Assembly: GCA_041650935.1 (NCBI GenBank)
Contig: JBAZKH010000001.1
Coordinates: 283,337-347,336 of the forward strand
Length of the DNA: 64,000 nucleotides
Origin: Candidatus Omnitrophota bacterium
GTDB taxonomy: Bacteria; Omnitrophota; Gorgyraeia; 2-01-FULL-45-10
Direction: 5' to 3'
Below, piece by piece: positions 1 to 9,902 of this stretch. Position 1 is the first letter of the stretch. Each line of letters starts with the position of its first letter. A program made the translations under genes and the position numbers. Under the pieces are notes generated by a model. It was not told the origin of the DNA. It saw nothing but the letters and a program-made list of their open reading frames with translations, and ran no database searches.

Positions 1-698
1 AGATATACAGGGCCCTCCGGTCGATCAACCCGTCGCCGTATATGTACTACCTGAAGCTGGCTGACTTTTCGCTCGTGGGATCGTCCCCGGAGATCATGGT
101 TAGATGCGAGGACGGCAATGTGGAGCTCCGTCCGATCGCGGGGACGAGGCCCCGCGGCCAGACCGCGGAAGACGATGAACGGCTCGCGCGCGACCTGCTG
201 GCGGATCCGAAGGAGCGCGCCGAGCACATAATGCTCGTCGATCTGGGGCGGAACGACATCGGCCGCGTCTGCGATTTCAAGACGGTCAAAGTCTCGGAGC
301 TTATGACGATCGAAAAATATTCTCATGTGATGCATATAGTAAGCGATGTTTCGGGACGCTTAAGCAAGGGCAAAGATGCCTTCGATGTCATAAGGGCGAC
401 GTTTCCCGCCGGCACGGTCAGCGGCGCGCCAAAGGTCAGGGCGATGGAGATAATAGACTCACTCGAGAACAGGCGGCGCAAGACCTATGCCGGCAGCGTC
501 GGGTACTTCAGTTTTTCCGGCAACCTCGATTGCTGTATAACGATAAGGACCATACTCGTCAAGGATAAGACCGCGTATATCCAGGCGGGAGGCGGCATTG
601 TGGCAGACTCGGTCCCCGCGCGCGAATACGAGGAGACCGTTAACAAGGCCAGGGCCCTTATCAAAGCCATCGAGATGGCGGAGCAGGGAATGGAATGA
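1..698 (+). CDS. trpE: anthranilate synthase component I, C-terminal part (5' end outside window)
   Basis: Chorismate-binding domain motifs (GTRPRG..., [24 protein letters not shown]); stop overlaps trpG start (ATGA). Confidence 0.9.
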   Translation, partial: IYRALRSINPSPYMYYLKLADFSLVGSSPEIMVRCEDGNVELRPIAGTRPRGQTAEDDERLARDLLADPKERAEHIMLVDLGRNDIGRVCDFKTVKVSELMTIEKYSHVMHIVSDVSGRLSKGKDAFDVIRATFPAGTVSGAPKVRAMEIIDSLENRRRKTYAGSVGYFSFSGNLDCCITIRTILVKDKTAYIQAGGGIVADSVPAREYEETVNKARALIKAIEMAEQGME

Positions 699-1261
699 TA
701 CTCATAATAGATAACTACGACTCATTTACCTATAATCTCGTACAGTACCTGGGCGAACTCGGCGCGGACCTTAAGGTCTACAGGAATGATAAGGTCGGGA
801 TAGACGCTATAAAGCGGATGAAGGGGCTGGAGAAGATAGTGATATCGCCTGGTCCCGGCTCCCCGCGCAATGCGGGTATATCCGAGGCGGTTATAAGAGA
901 GTTCGGCCCAAAGATCCCGACACTCGGCGTATGCCTGGGTCACCAGGCGATAGGCGAGGTCTTTGGCGGCCGCATCGTCGGGGCGAAGCGGCTGATGCAT
1001 GGGAAGACGTCGAAAATATACCATGACGGCAAAGGCATCTTTAGGGGCATTAAGAACCCTTTCGATGCGACTAGGTACCATTCGCTCCTTATCGAGCGGA
1101 AGACTTTTCCGAAGATTTTGAAGATTACGGCCGAAACGAAAGATAAGGAAGTGATGGGCCTTCAGCACAAAGTCTATCCTATCTACGGCGTCCAGTTCCA
1201 TCCGGAGTCGATCCTTACGGTCGAGGGGAAGAAATTGCTGAAGAACTTTCTGGAGATATAG
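695..1261 (+). CDS. trpG: anthranilate synthase component II (glutamine amidotransferase)
   Basis: Class I GATase motifs ([29 protein letters not shown]). Confidence 0.9.
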   Translation: MILIIDNYDSFTYNLVQYLGELGADLKVYRNDKVGIDAIKRMKGLEKIVISPGPGSPRNAGISEAVIREFGPKIPTLGVCLGHQAIGEVFGGRIVGAKRLMHGKTSKIYHDGKGIFRGIKNPFDATRYHSLLIERKTFPKILKITAETKDKEVMGLQHKVYPIYGVQFHPESILTVEGKKLLKNFLEI

Positions 1262-2317
1262 ATGATAAAAGAAGCGATTGAGAAAGTGGTAAAGCGCATC
1301 GACCTGTCGGAAGGCGAGATGCGCGCATGTTTCGACGAGATAATGTCCGGCAAGGCTACGCCCGCGCAGATAGGCGCGTTCGTGACGGCGCTGCGCATGA
1401 AGGGCGAGACCGTCGACGAGATAACGGGCGCCGCCAGGGTTATGCGTGAAAAATCTGTCCACATCGCGGCGGGAAGGAAGGGGTTAGTCGACATCGACAG
1501 GGACGACATCAATATCGACCAGGAAACTATAGTCGATACATGCGGCACGGGCGGCAGCGGGACGAATACCTTCAATATTTCGACGACCGTCGCATTTGTC
1601 GTCGCCGGCTGCGGCCTCAAGGTCGCAAAACACGGCAACAGGGCGGCCTCGAGCGCGTGCGGCTCGGCAGATGTCCTGGAGGCGCTCGGCGTTAAGGTGG
1701 ATGTGCCGCCGGACCTGGTCCAGAGGTGCATACTCGAGATAGGCGTGGGTTTTTTGTACGCGCCGCTATTTCACAACGCCATGAAATATGCCATCGAGCC
1801 GAGGAAAGAGATCGGCATAAGGACGATATTCAATATCCTCGGGCCGCTTTCCAATCCCGCGAACGCAACGAGCCAGGTCCTCGGCGTTTACGCCGCGCCG
1901 CTCACGGAAATTATAGCTCATGTGCTGAAGAAACTGGGGGCAGTACGCGCATTTGTGGTTTACGGCATGGATACGCTGGATGAGATAACGATCACAGGCA
2001 AGACGCGTGTCAGCGAGCTTAAGGACGGCAGGGTCCGCACCTATTACGTTACTCCGGAAAAATTCGGATTAAGAAGGGCAAGGCTCGAGGATATAGGCGG
2101 CGGTGACGCCAGGGAGAACGCGGATACCCTCCTCGCCGTCCTGAGAGGTGAAAGAGGTCCGGCCAGGGACGTTGTCCTCATGAATGCGAGCGCCGCGCTT
2201 GTGAGCGGATTTAAAGCAAGGGATTTTAAGGCGGGAGTGCGGATGGCATCCGAATCCATAGACTCCGGCAAGGCGCTCGACAAACTCTTAAGGCTGACAG
2301 AGATTACTAACCATTAG
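1262..2317 (+). CDS. trpD: anthranilate phosphoribosyltransferase
   Basis: [14 protein letters not shown] motif; start adjacent to trpG stop. Confidence 0.92.
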   Translation: MIKEAIEKVVKRIDLSEGEMRACFDEIMSGKATPAQIGAFVTALRMKGETVDEITGAARVMREKSVHIAAGRKGLVDIDRDDINIDQETIVDTCGTGGSGTNTFNISTTVAFVVAGCGLKVAKHGNRAASSACGSADVLEALGVKVDVPPDLVQRCILEIGVGFLYAPLFHNAMKYAIEPRKEIGIRTIFNILGPLSNPANATSQVLGVYAAPLTEIIAHVLKKLGAVRAFVVYGMDTLDEITITGKTRVSELKDGRVRTYYVTPEKFGLRRARLEDIGGGDARENADTLLAVLRGERGPARDVVLMNASAALVSGFKARDFKAGVRMASESIDSGKALDKLLRLTEITNH

Positions 2318-2339
2318 GCAGCATAACTAACCACCACAA

Positions 2340-3116
2340 ATGATACTAACGCGTATAATCGAAGAAAAGCGGCGTGAGATCGAAGAGGCGAAGCGCAATA
2401 AACCCCTCGAGGAGCTGATAAAAGAGACGAGGGGTATATGCGTGAGGAGTTCCTTTAAAAAAAATATCGCTAGGCCGCATCATATAAACCTGATCGCCGA
2501 AATAAAGAAGGCGTCGCCCTCGAAAGGTATTCTCAGGGGGGACTTCAATCCGATGAAGATAGCCGTGACCTACCAGGCGGGTGGCGCAAGCGCCATATCG
2601 GTCCTGACCGACGAGCGTTTCTTCGAGGGCAAGCTCGAATATATAAAGAAGATAAAGGAGAATGTCTCGCTCCCTATCCTGCGGAAAGATTTTATCATAG
2701 ATGAATACCAGGTTTATGAATCCGTTGCGGCAGGGGCCGATGCGATACTTCTGATAGCGGAACTCCTGTCGTCGGGCGAGATGACGGGCCTGTATAATCT
2801 GGCCGCCTCCCTCGGCCTCGACGTTCTTATGGAGACCCATACCGAAGAAGATGTCGAGAAGGCGCTTGCTGCAGGAGGCGCTATAATCGGGATCAACAAC
2901 AGGGACCTCCACACCTTCAGGGTCGATCTTAACGTAACGCAGAAATTAATAAGGATGGTACCTCAGAATAAGATAAAAGTTGCGGAGAGCGGTATAAAGA
3001 CTTACGAGGATGTGATGTTCTTAAAGTCGCTCGGGGCAAACGCAGTCCTGATAGGCGAGGCGTTTATGGAAGCCGGCGATATTGCGGGCAAAATGCGCGA
3101 GATAATGAGATATTAA
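2340..3116 (+). CDS. trpC: indole-3-glycerol phosphate synthase
   Basis: IGPS-like sequence throughout (ILAEIKKASPSKG, LIGINNRDL). Confidence 0.9.
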   Translation: MILTRIIEEKRREIEEAKRNKPLEELIKETRGICVRSSFKKNIARPHHINLIAEIKKASPSKGILRGDFNPMKIAVTYQAGGASAISVLTDERFFEGKLEYIKKIKENVSLPILRKDFIIDEYQVYESVAAGADAILLIAELLSSGEMTGLYNLAASLGLDVLMETHTEEDVEKALAAGGAIIGINNRDLHTFRVDLNVTQKLIRMVPQNKIKVAESGIKTYEDVMFLKSLGANAVLIGEAFMEAGDIAGKMREIMRY

Positions 3117-3139
3117 ATAGTGAATCGCGGACAGGGAAG

Positions 3140-3760
3140 ATGACTAAGATCAAGATTTGCGGGATAACGAATAAGGCCGATGCTCTTGCAGCGGCGGGGC
3201 TCGGCGTCGATATGCTGGGTTTTGTCTTCTATGAGAAGTCGAAACGTTATATCGAGCCCCTAGAGGCGGCGGACATTATAAACGAGCTCCCCTCCGGCAT
3301 CGCGCGGGTCGGAGTATTTGTCGACGAGCGGCCGGCGGATGTCGTAAAGATGGCGGAAGATGCCTTCCTGGACACCTTACAGTTTCATGGTAACGAGACG
3401 CCCGAATATTGTAATGCGTTTAAGGATAAATACAAAGTTATAAAGGCCTTCAGGCTGAAGACGAGGATCGACCTTAAAAAAGTTAACGGTTACGATACCG
3501 ATTATTACCTCTTCGATGCCTTCAGGAGTGATTGCGTCGGGGGCACGGGAACGAGTTTCGACTGGAGTATGCTGAAAGATTTCGAGATATTGAAACCGGC
3601 GATACTCTCGGGAGGGCTTAACTGCGGCAACGTCGAGCGCGCGATTAAAGAGGTCCTGCCGTTTGCGGTTGATGTGTCGAGCGGCGTCGAGGGCGCTCCG
3701 GGGAAAAAGGATGCGGAGTTGTTGAAAAGATTTGTAGAAAAAGTGAGAAAGGTCGGATGA
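3140..3760 (+). CDS. trpF: phosphoribosylanthranilate isomerase
   Basis: [11 protein letters not shown]-terminus, PRAI family; GGGAAG Shine-Dalgarno. Confidence 0.85.
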   Translation: MTKIKICGITNKADALAAAGLGVDMLGFVFYEKSKRYIEPLEAADIINELPSGIARVGVFVDERPADVVKMAEDAFLDTLQFHGNETPEYCNAFKDKYKVIKAFRLKTRIDLKKVNGYDTDYYLFDAFRSDCVGGTGTSFDWSMLKDFEILKPAILSGGLNCGNVERAIKEVLPFAVDVSSGVEGAPGKKDAELLKRFVEKVRKVG

Positions 3761-4932
3761 TGGGACCGGATAGAAGGGGATATTTTGACGGTTTTGGCGG
3801 GCGATTCATGCCGGAGACGCTTATGCCGGCGGTTTACGAGCTTGAAAAGCAGTATCGCCGCTCGCGCGCGGATCTTAGTTTTAAACGAGAGCTCGACAGT
3901 TATCTTAAAGAATACGCCGGCAGGCCTACGCCGCTATACTTTGCGCGAAGGCTTTCGAAAGAGCTGGGCGGGGCACGGATATATCTGAAACGCGAGGATC
4001 TTCTGCATACCGGCGCGCACAAGATAAATAATACGCTCGGCCAGGCACTGCTGGCCGTGAGGATGGGGCGCAAGCGCCTGATAGCCGAGACGGGAGCGGG
4101 CCAGCACGGCGTTGCGACGGCAACGGTTGCCGCGCTCTTCGGCTTAAAGTGCGAGATATTCATGGGGGATGAAGATATAAAGCGCCAGTCGATAAACGTA
4201 TTCAAGATGAAGCTGCTCGGCGCTAAAGTTACGCCGGTCCATAGCGGTTCGAAAACGTTAAAAGACGCGATGAACGAGGCAATCCGCGACTGGGTCACCA
4301 ATGTCCGGACGACTTTCTACGTCATCGGCTCGGTCGCCGGGCCGCATCCGTATCCGATGATGGTCAGGGATTTCCAGTCGGTGATCGGCAAAGAGGCCAG
4401 GCGCCAGATATTGGCGCGGGAGAAGAGGCTTGCCGATTATGTCGTAGCGTGCGTCGGCGGCGGTTCTAACGCTATGGGCATATTCCATTCCTTTATTAAT
4501 ACCAGGGTCAAGATGGTAGGCGTTGAGGCGGCAGGCCTGGGCCTCAATACCGGTAAGCACGCGGCGACGTTATGCAGGGGCTCTGTCGGGGTGCTGCACG
4601 GCTCGAAGAGCTACATCCTGCAGGACGGCGACGGGCAGATAAAAATAGCGCACTCGATATCGGCGGGGCTTGACTATCCCGGCGTAGGGCCGGAGCACGC
4701 GTATCTGAAGGAGGCCGGGCGGGTAAAGTACGTTGCGGTCACCGATCGCGAGGCGCTCGCGGGATTCAAGATGCTGACTGAAACCGAGGGCATTATCCCG
4801 GCGCTCGAATCGTCGCATGCGCTCTATTACGCGGCTAAACTCGCGCGGCGATTGCCGAAGAGCAAAGTTATCATCGTCTGTCTTTCGGGCAGGGGCGATA
4901 AGGATATCGATATCGTTAGGGGCGTTCTTTAA
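3757..4932 (+). CDS. trpB: tryptophan synthase beta chain (TrpB1 type)
   Basis: [12 protein letters not shown]-lysine motif, GGGSNA motif; ATGA overlap with trpF. Confidence 0.95.
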   Translation: MMGPDRRGYFDGFGGRFMPETLMPAVYELEKQYRRSRADLSFKRELDSYLKEYAGRPTPLYFARRLSKELGGARIYLKREDLLHTGAHKINNTLGQALLAVRMGRKRLIAETGAGQHGVATATVAALFGLKCEIFMGDEDIKRQSINVFKMKLLGAKVTPVHSGSKTLKDAMNEAIRDWVTNVRTTFYVIGSVAGPHPYPMMVRDFQSVIGKEARRQILAREKRLADYVVACVGGGSNAMGIFHSFINTRVKMVGVEAAGLGLNTGKHAATLCRGSVGVLHGSKSYILQDGDGQIKIAHSISAGLDYPGVGPEHAYLKEAGRVKYVAVTDREALAGFKMLTETEGIIPALESSHALYYAAKLARRLPKSKVIIVCLSGRGDKDIDIVRGVL

Positions 4933-5052
4933 AAAAACTTCGATCCCGAAAGGCGTTTCCTCTCGGGGTTGTGCTTCGCGGGGACCCATCGGGAAACGCC
5001 TCCATCGATGGGCGAAAAACGTTAAAGGCCGGGCTTCTTGCCGCGAAATTAT

Positions 5053-5070
5053 TTCCACCCCGGGGTGGAA
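5053..5070. repeat. 18-bp perfect palindrome TTCCACCCCGGGGTGGAA, copy 1 of 3
   Basis: Exact self-complementary 18-mer in the trpB-ORF intergenic region; identical copies at 15843-15860 and 52204-52221. Confidence 0.9.
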
Positions 5071-5166
5071 AATCCAGAAAACCTTGACGGCAAAATCCGG
5101 CGAAGCCCCATGCCGGGATAGCTGTCTATGCTGTGACCGATACAAAATTTTTGCGAGAGGAACGTT

Positions 5167-5571
5167 ATGAAAATCAAACCGAATCTGCAATTCTCAGTAC
5201 TTTGCGACGATGTAAGGCGCGAGGATAATGGTAAGTTTATACTCATAGGGCTGTTCGAAGCGATAAGCGCGAAGAAATTCCCCGCGACGCATCCCGTGGT
5301 ATTCGTGGCAAACAGGTGGTGTAAGGGGTCGGGAGAGTTTACGCAGAGGATACGTATCGTCAGTTCCAGGGATAACTCGATCGTATTCCAGACCGACGAG
5401 CAGGACTTCGAACTTGCCGATATAGACAGGCATCACACGCTCATATCGCGATTTAACAATATCGCTTTCCCGAATGCCGGCAAGTACTGGGTCGAGGTTC
5501 TGCTCGATGGCGAGCTTGTGATAAATTATCCGGTAATCTTAAACGAGGCGAAAGAGCCGAAAAGAGAATGA
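5167..5571 (+). CDS. hypothetical protein inserted between trpB and trpA (134 aa, beta-rich, no recognisable family)
   Basis: ORF with AGAGGAA Shine-Dalgarno 7 nt upstream; its stop (TGA 5569-5571) sits 1 nt before the trpA ATG. Confidence 0.5.
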   Translation: MKIKPNLQFSVLCDDVRREDNGKFILIGLFEAISAKKFPATHPVVFVANRWCKGSGEFTQRIRIVSSRDNSIVFQTDEQDFELADIDRHHTLISRFNNIAFPNAGKYWVEVLLDGELVINYPVILNEAKEPKRE

Positions 5572-5572
5572 G

Positions 5573-6376
5573 ATGAATAGAATTAATAAAAAATTTAAGC
5601 TATTGAGAAGTAAGGGCAGGAAAGCCTTCATCGCCTATATAACAGCGGGCGATCCGGACCTTGGCGCGACGGGCAGGATCGTCCCGGCCCTGGAAAAGGC
5701 GGGCGTCGACATTATAGAATTAGGGATACCTTTCTCCGATCCGGTTGCCGACGGGCCCACGATCCAGGCGGCCGCGCAAAGAGCGCTTGGCCGCGGAGCC
5801 ACTCTAAAAAAGATATTCGCGGCGGTGGAACGCTTGCGGCGGCGGACGGAGATCCCGATCATATTCATGACCTACTATAATCCCGTATTCCGTTTTGGCC
5901 TTGCCGGATTCTTCCGGCGGTGCCGCGAGACAGGCGTCGACGGCGTAATAATCCCGGACTTGCCGCTCGAAGAAGCCGGAGAAGTGATAGCGCTCGGCAA
6001 AAAGTCGGGCGTGGCAACCATATTCCTTGTTGCTCCTACATCGCCCGCGCAGAGGATCAGGGCGATCGCCGGGAAGTCGGAAGGTTTTATCTATTACGTT
6101 TCGCTGACAGGCGTTACCGGCGCAAGATCTAGTCTTCCGCCCGAGGTCCTGAAGAGCGTACGCCGTGTCAAGTCCCTGACAGACAAGCCCGTGGCTGTGG
6201 GGTTCGGCATCTCGGATGCAAAGCAGGCGCGCGCGATTGCAGGAGTCGCCGACGCCGTCATAGTCGGCAGCGCGCTGGTTAAGATCATCGCGGAGAAGAG
6301 AAACGTGATTTCAAAAGTATCGTCCGCCGCCGGCAGGTTGGCGGCGGCGATACACAGCGTAAGGATATCCGAATGA
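5573..6376 (+). CDS. trpA: tryptophan synthase alpha chain
   Basis: TrpA family (ELGIPFSDPVADGP, YYNPV); ATGA overlap with ruvX. Confidence 0.92.
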   Translation: MNRINKKFKLLRSKGRKAFIAYITAGDPDLGATGRIVPALEKAGVDIIELGIPFSDPVADGPTIQAAAQRALGRGATLKKIFAAVERLRRRTEIPIIFMTYYNPVFRFGLAGFFRRCRETGVDGVIIPDLPLEEAGEVIALGKKSGVATIFLVAPTSPAQRIRAIAGKSEGFIYYVSLTGVTGARSSLPPEVLKSVRRVKSLTDKPVAVGFGISDAKQARAIAGVADAVIVGSALVKIIAEKRNVISKVSSAAGRLAAAIHSVRISE

Positions 6377-6789
6377 GGATAATGTCGCTCGACGTGGGGA
6401 CTAAACGCATAGGGGTGGCGATGAGCGACGAGCTTTTGCTTACTGCGCAGGGCGCCGACACAATCCAGAGGAGCTCCCTCGAGGCGGATATCGGGAGGAT
6501 AAAGGATCTGGCCGCCGCAAATGGTGTGGCCGAGATAGTTGTCGGCCTTCCTATAAGTATGAACGGAAGTTATAGCGCCAAGACTAATGAAGTCATCGAA
6601 TTTAGCGACAAGCTGGCGAAAGCGGTCGATCTGCCGGTGAAGAAATGGGACGAGCGCCTTACCACGGTCCAGGCCGAGCGGGCGCTTCTTGAAGCGGACA
6701 TGAGCCGCGCCAAGAGAAAAAGAGCAATCGATAAAGTTGCCGCGCAGATTATATTGCAGAGCTATCTCGATTCGCGCAAGAAAGGGTAA
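6373..6789 (+). CDS. ruvX: Holliday-junction resolvase-like putative pre-16S rRNA nuclease YqgF/RuvX
   Basis: LDVGTKRIGVAMSD N-terminal motif. Confidence 0.85.
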   Translation: MRIMSLDVGTKRIGVAMSDELLLTAQGADTIQRSSLEADIGRIKDLAAANGVAEIVVGLPISMNGSYSAKTNEVIEFSDKLAKAVDLPVKKWDERLTTVQAERALLEADMSRAKRKRAIDKVAAQIILQSYLDSRKKG

Positions 6790-8054
6790 TGATGTATAAA
6801 TTGGAAGCGTTGGATAACGGATTAAGGATGGCCGCTGAACCGATGGAGCATATGGAGTCGGTTGCTATAGGTATATGGATACGGGCCGGCGGCAGGTTCG
6901 AGAATGCGCGTAATAACGGCATAAGCCATCTGTTGGAACATCTTCTTTTCAAGGGAACCGAACGGCGCGATATGATGACGATAAAACAGGAGATAGAGGG
7001 CCGCGGCGGCAGTTTCAACGGCTTTACGTCCGAAGAGCACACCTGTTATCTCGTCAAGGTCCTTTCCGATGATATGGGCCTTGGGCTCGATATATTGAGC
7101 GATATGGTCCTCCATCCGAAACTTGACGAAGAGGAAATAGCTAAAGAGAAGGATGTCATCGTAGAAGAGATTAATATGTATAAGGATATGCCGGCGCATT
7201 ATGTCCATGAGATACTGGCGGAGATGATGTGGCCGGACCAGCCGCTCGGCATGCCGCTCGCCGGCACCGTCGATTCGGTAAGGGCGATCACCCGGAACGA
7301 CCTTACGGCGTATAAGAACGCATACTACAATCCCGGCAATATGCTCGTCTCCGCGGCCGGCAGGATCGAAGAGGCGGAACTGGCCGCCGTTGCGCAGAAA
7401 TATTTCAAAGGCGTACCGGCGGGAGGTGTGCCGCAGTTCGGAAAAGTTACGCTAAAGCAAAAATCTCCCGAGTTTAATCTTACCACGAAGGATACGGAGC
7501 AGACGCATGTGGCCATGGGATTTCACGCCGTCGAGAGATTCCATCCCGATAAGCATGTCCTGAGCCTGCTTAACATAATCATGGGTGCCAATATGTCATC
7601 GAGGCTCTTTCATATAGTGCGCGACGAGATGGCGCTCTGTTATGAGATATCGTCGAGCATCAGGCGCTACGACGATTGCGGCGCGTTCGTCGTGAGCGCA
7701 GGCGTCGACAATAAGAAGCTTGTCAGGGCGCTCGAAATAATTTTAAGGGAACTTGCGCGGGTGAAACGGGAGCCGGTCGGCGCGGAGGAACTGCGTCGCG
7801 CGAAGGAGTATTACAAGGGTCAGCTCCTCTTTGCCCTGGAGGATACGATGAGTCACATGTTGTGGATGGGCGAGAAGATCATATCCGGTGAAAAAGATTT
7901 CAGCATCAAGTCGATCCTTGCGCGGATCGATGCCGTAGGGCCTGAAGATATAATACGTGCGGCCGAAGATATGCTGACGGACGCCAAGCTGAACCTCGCG
8001 GTAATAGGGCCCGTCAAAGGCGATAAAGATATAAGGAAGGTGCTCAGTATCTGA
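6789..8054 (+). CDS. M16 family zinc peptidase (pitrilysin-like)
   Basis: HLLEHLLFKGT inverted zinc-binding HxxEH motif. Confidence 0.85.
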   Translation: MMYKLEALDNGLRMAAEPMEHMESVAIGIWIRAGGRFENARNNGISHLLEHLLFKGTERRDMMTIKQEIEGRGGSFNGFTSEEHTCYLVKVLSDDMGLGLDILSDMVLHPKLDEEEIAKEKDVIVEEINMYKDMPAHYVHEILAEMMWPDQPLGMPLAGTVDSVRAITRNDLTAYKNAYYNPGNMLVSAAGRIEEAELAAVAQKYFKGVPAGGVPQFGKVTLKQKSPEFNLTTKDTEQTHVAMGFHAVERFHPDKHVLSLLNIIMGANMSSRLFHIVRDEMALCYEISSSIRRYDDCGAFVVSAGVDNKKLVRALEIILRELARVKREPVGAEELRRAKEYYKGQLLFALEDTMSHMLWMGEKIISGEKDFSIKSILARIDAVGPEDIIRAAEDMLTDAKLNLAVIGPVKGDKDIRKVLSI

Positions 8055-9106
8055 TGAAAGGTTCAATAAGGCTATTTAAAGTCTTCGGGATATCGATAAA
8101 TATACATATTACGTTCTTCCTGCTCCTTTTATTGGTGATACCCGGCGGTATCAAGTGGGTCTTCCTGGTCATCGGCATATTCTTCTTCGTGACGATACAT
8201 GAATTGTGCCACAGCCTTACGGCTAAGTACTTCGGCATAGCAGTTCACGAGATTACGCTCCTGCCGATAGGCGGCATATCCGCTATGACGCGTATGCCGG
8301 AGAAACCGGTCCAGGAGTTTTTGATATCGATAGCGGGCCCGTTTTCGAACATCGTGATAATATTGGCGTTCTTCTTCCCGATGAAGTACCTGCTGGGTCC
8401 GGACGCGCTCTTCCATCCGCTGTCGACGGCTACATGGCCGCTTACAATAGCGTATCTATACTGGATAAATCTCATACTCGCCGGTTTTAATCTCCTGCCG
8501 GCGTTTCCGATGGATGGCGGCAGGGTATTGAGGGCGCTGCTTGCGGCCAGGCTCGGCTACCAGAAGGCGACCAGGATAGCGGTGAATTTCGGGCATGCCT
8601 TTGCGGTCATATTCGCGTACTTCGGTATCGTCAGGTTTAACATCATACTTATTATCATAGCCCTCTTCATCTATACCGCCGCATCGGGCGAGGGGGCGCA
8701 GGTCGACGTAAAAGAAACCTTGAAAAAATTCAGAGTTCGCGATATACTGCCTCCCGATTTTATTACAGTGACTAGTTCCACGACCCTGGCTAAGGTTCTG
8801 GAACTTATATTTCATTCGCACCAGGAGGATTTCCCGGTTGTAGACGGGCGGATGCCCGTCGGTTTTGCGACGCGCCAGGACATAATGCAGGGTATACACC
8901 GGTTTGGGATGGATAAACCGGTCGGCGAAGTAATGCGGAAAACTTTTCCAAAGGCGCGGGAGACGGATTCGCTGGTTAAGGTCCAGAGCGTTATGCACGA
9001 GAATGGGATGCAGGCCCTCCCCGTCATGAAGGGCGAAGAGGTCCTCGGCGTCGTGACGATCGAGGATATAAGCCGGGTCTACGCGATGGCATCGCAGAGG
9101 GAATGA
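8054..9106 (+). CDS. site-2 protease family (M50) metalloprotease with C-terminal CBS pair
   Basis: HELCHSL HExxH motif in a TM segment, multiple TM helices, CBS-like C-terminus. Confidence 0.8.
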   Translation: MKGSIRLFKVFGISINIHITFFLLLLLVIPGGIKWVFLVIGIFFFVTIHELCHSLTAKYFGIAVHEITLLPIGGISAMTRMPEKPVQEFLISIAGPFSNIVIILAFFFPMKYLLGPDALFHPLSTATWPLTIAYLYWINLILAGFNLLPAFPMDGGRVLRALLAARLGYQKATRIAVNFGHAFAVIFAYFGIVRFNIILIIIALFIYTAASGEGAQVDVKETLKKFRVRDILPPDFITVTSSTTLAKVLELIFHSHQEDFPVVDGRMPVGFATRQDIMQGIHRFGMDKPVGEVMRKTFPKARETDSLVKVQSVMHENGMQALPVMKGEEVLGVVTIEDISRVYAMASQRE

Positions 9107-9107
9107 T

Positions 9108-9743
9108 ATGAATAAAATCCTGATTGCTCCAAGTATACTGTCAGCCGACTTTTCCAGGCTTGGCGATGAGATAAAAGCGGTAGAGCGCGCGCGGGCCGAC
9201 TGGATACACATAGATGTTATGGACGGCCATTTTGTCCCGAATCTTACCGTCGGACCGGTTGTCGTAAAGTCGATCAGGCCCGTTACTAAACTGACGCTCG
9301 ACGCGCACCTCATGATCGCGAATCCCGAAAGGTATATCGAGAGTTTTGCCAAGGCCGGCGCGGATATTATAACTTTTCACGTGGAAGCCGGGGACGACCC
9401 GAGGGAGGTAATAAAGCTCATACGCTATTATAAGAAGAAGGTGGGCATATCGATAAGGCCCGGAACGGATTTAAGCGCGATCGAGCCGATGCTTTCGATG
9501 GTAGACATGGTACTTATCATGACGGTAGAGCCGGGCTTCGCAGGGCAGGCGTTTATGCCGGATTGCCTTCAGAAGATAGAGGACTTGCGTAAAAAATTCA
9601 AAAAGGATATCCAGGTCGACGGGGGGATAAACGAACTTACCGCCGCCGAGGTTAGGTCTAAGGGCGCAAACGTGATCGTGGCCGGAACGGCTGTATTTGG
9701 GACGAAAGATTACGCTGAAGCGATTCGAAAACTGAGAGGCTGA
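9108..9743 (+). CDS. rpe: ribulose-phosphate 3-epimerase
   Basis: IAPSILSADF, HIDVMDGHFVPN, GG motifs. Confidence 0.9.
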   Translation: MNKILIAPSILSADFSRLGDEIKAVERARADWIHIDVMDGHFVPNLTVGPVVVKSIRPVTKLTLDAHLMIANPERYIESFAKAGADIITFHVEAGDDPREVIKLIRYYKKKVGISIRPGTDLSAIEPMLSMVDMVLIMTVEPGFAGQAFMPDCLQKIEDLRKKFKKDIQVDGGINELTAAEVRSKGANVIVAGTAVFGTKDYAEAIRKLRG

Positions 9744-9747
9744 AGAA

Positions 9748-9789
9748 GTGGATAGTGAATAGTGGATAGTGGAGAGTGAATAGTAAGTC
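9748..9789. repeat. imperfect heptanucleotide tandem repeat (GTGRAKA) x6
   Basis: gtggata gtgaata gtggata gtggaga gtgaata gtaagtc, immediately after the rpe stop. Confidence 0.7.
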
Positions 9790-9815
9790 TGACAGGCTTT
9801 TCCCCCTATCTACTA

Positions 9816-9866
9816 TTTACCCATAAAAGAAAGAAGCCACCGCTAATAAGGCGGTGGAGCTTCACT
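9816..9866 (+). other. conserved stem-loop element, copy A (TTTACCCATAAAAGAAAGAAGCCACCGC-loop-GCGGTGGAGCTTCAC)
   Basis: Near-identical 48-50 nt element at 25828-25875 with compensatory A/T to G/C change in the stem; lies between the rpe stop and pgm start. Confidence 0.6.
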
Positions 9867-9902
9867 AAAGCCGGTTTAAGTGAACTATACCAGGAGGAAT
9901 AC

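Noticed and set aside
3785-3988. Small + strand ORFs in alternative frames inside trpB, trpE, clpC and others (for example 3785-3988, 4817-5170, 18665-18916)
   Set aside because: They are embedded in strongly supported genes in another frame, with Arg/Ser/Cys-rich compositions typical of off-frame translation.
4933-5166. tRNA or other RNA gene in the long trpB-ORF spacer, and in other spacers such as 34038-34152 and 53958-54077
   Set aside because: No tRNA-like T-arm/anticodon-arm architecture (GTTCRANYC and so on) is recognisable. The structures present are palindromes and hairpins, better described as regulatory or repeat elements.
9748-9789. Possible CRISPR array
   Set aside because: The repeats are 7 nt, contiguous and lack spacers. 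This is a simple tandem repeat, not a CRISPR array.
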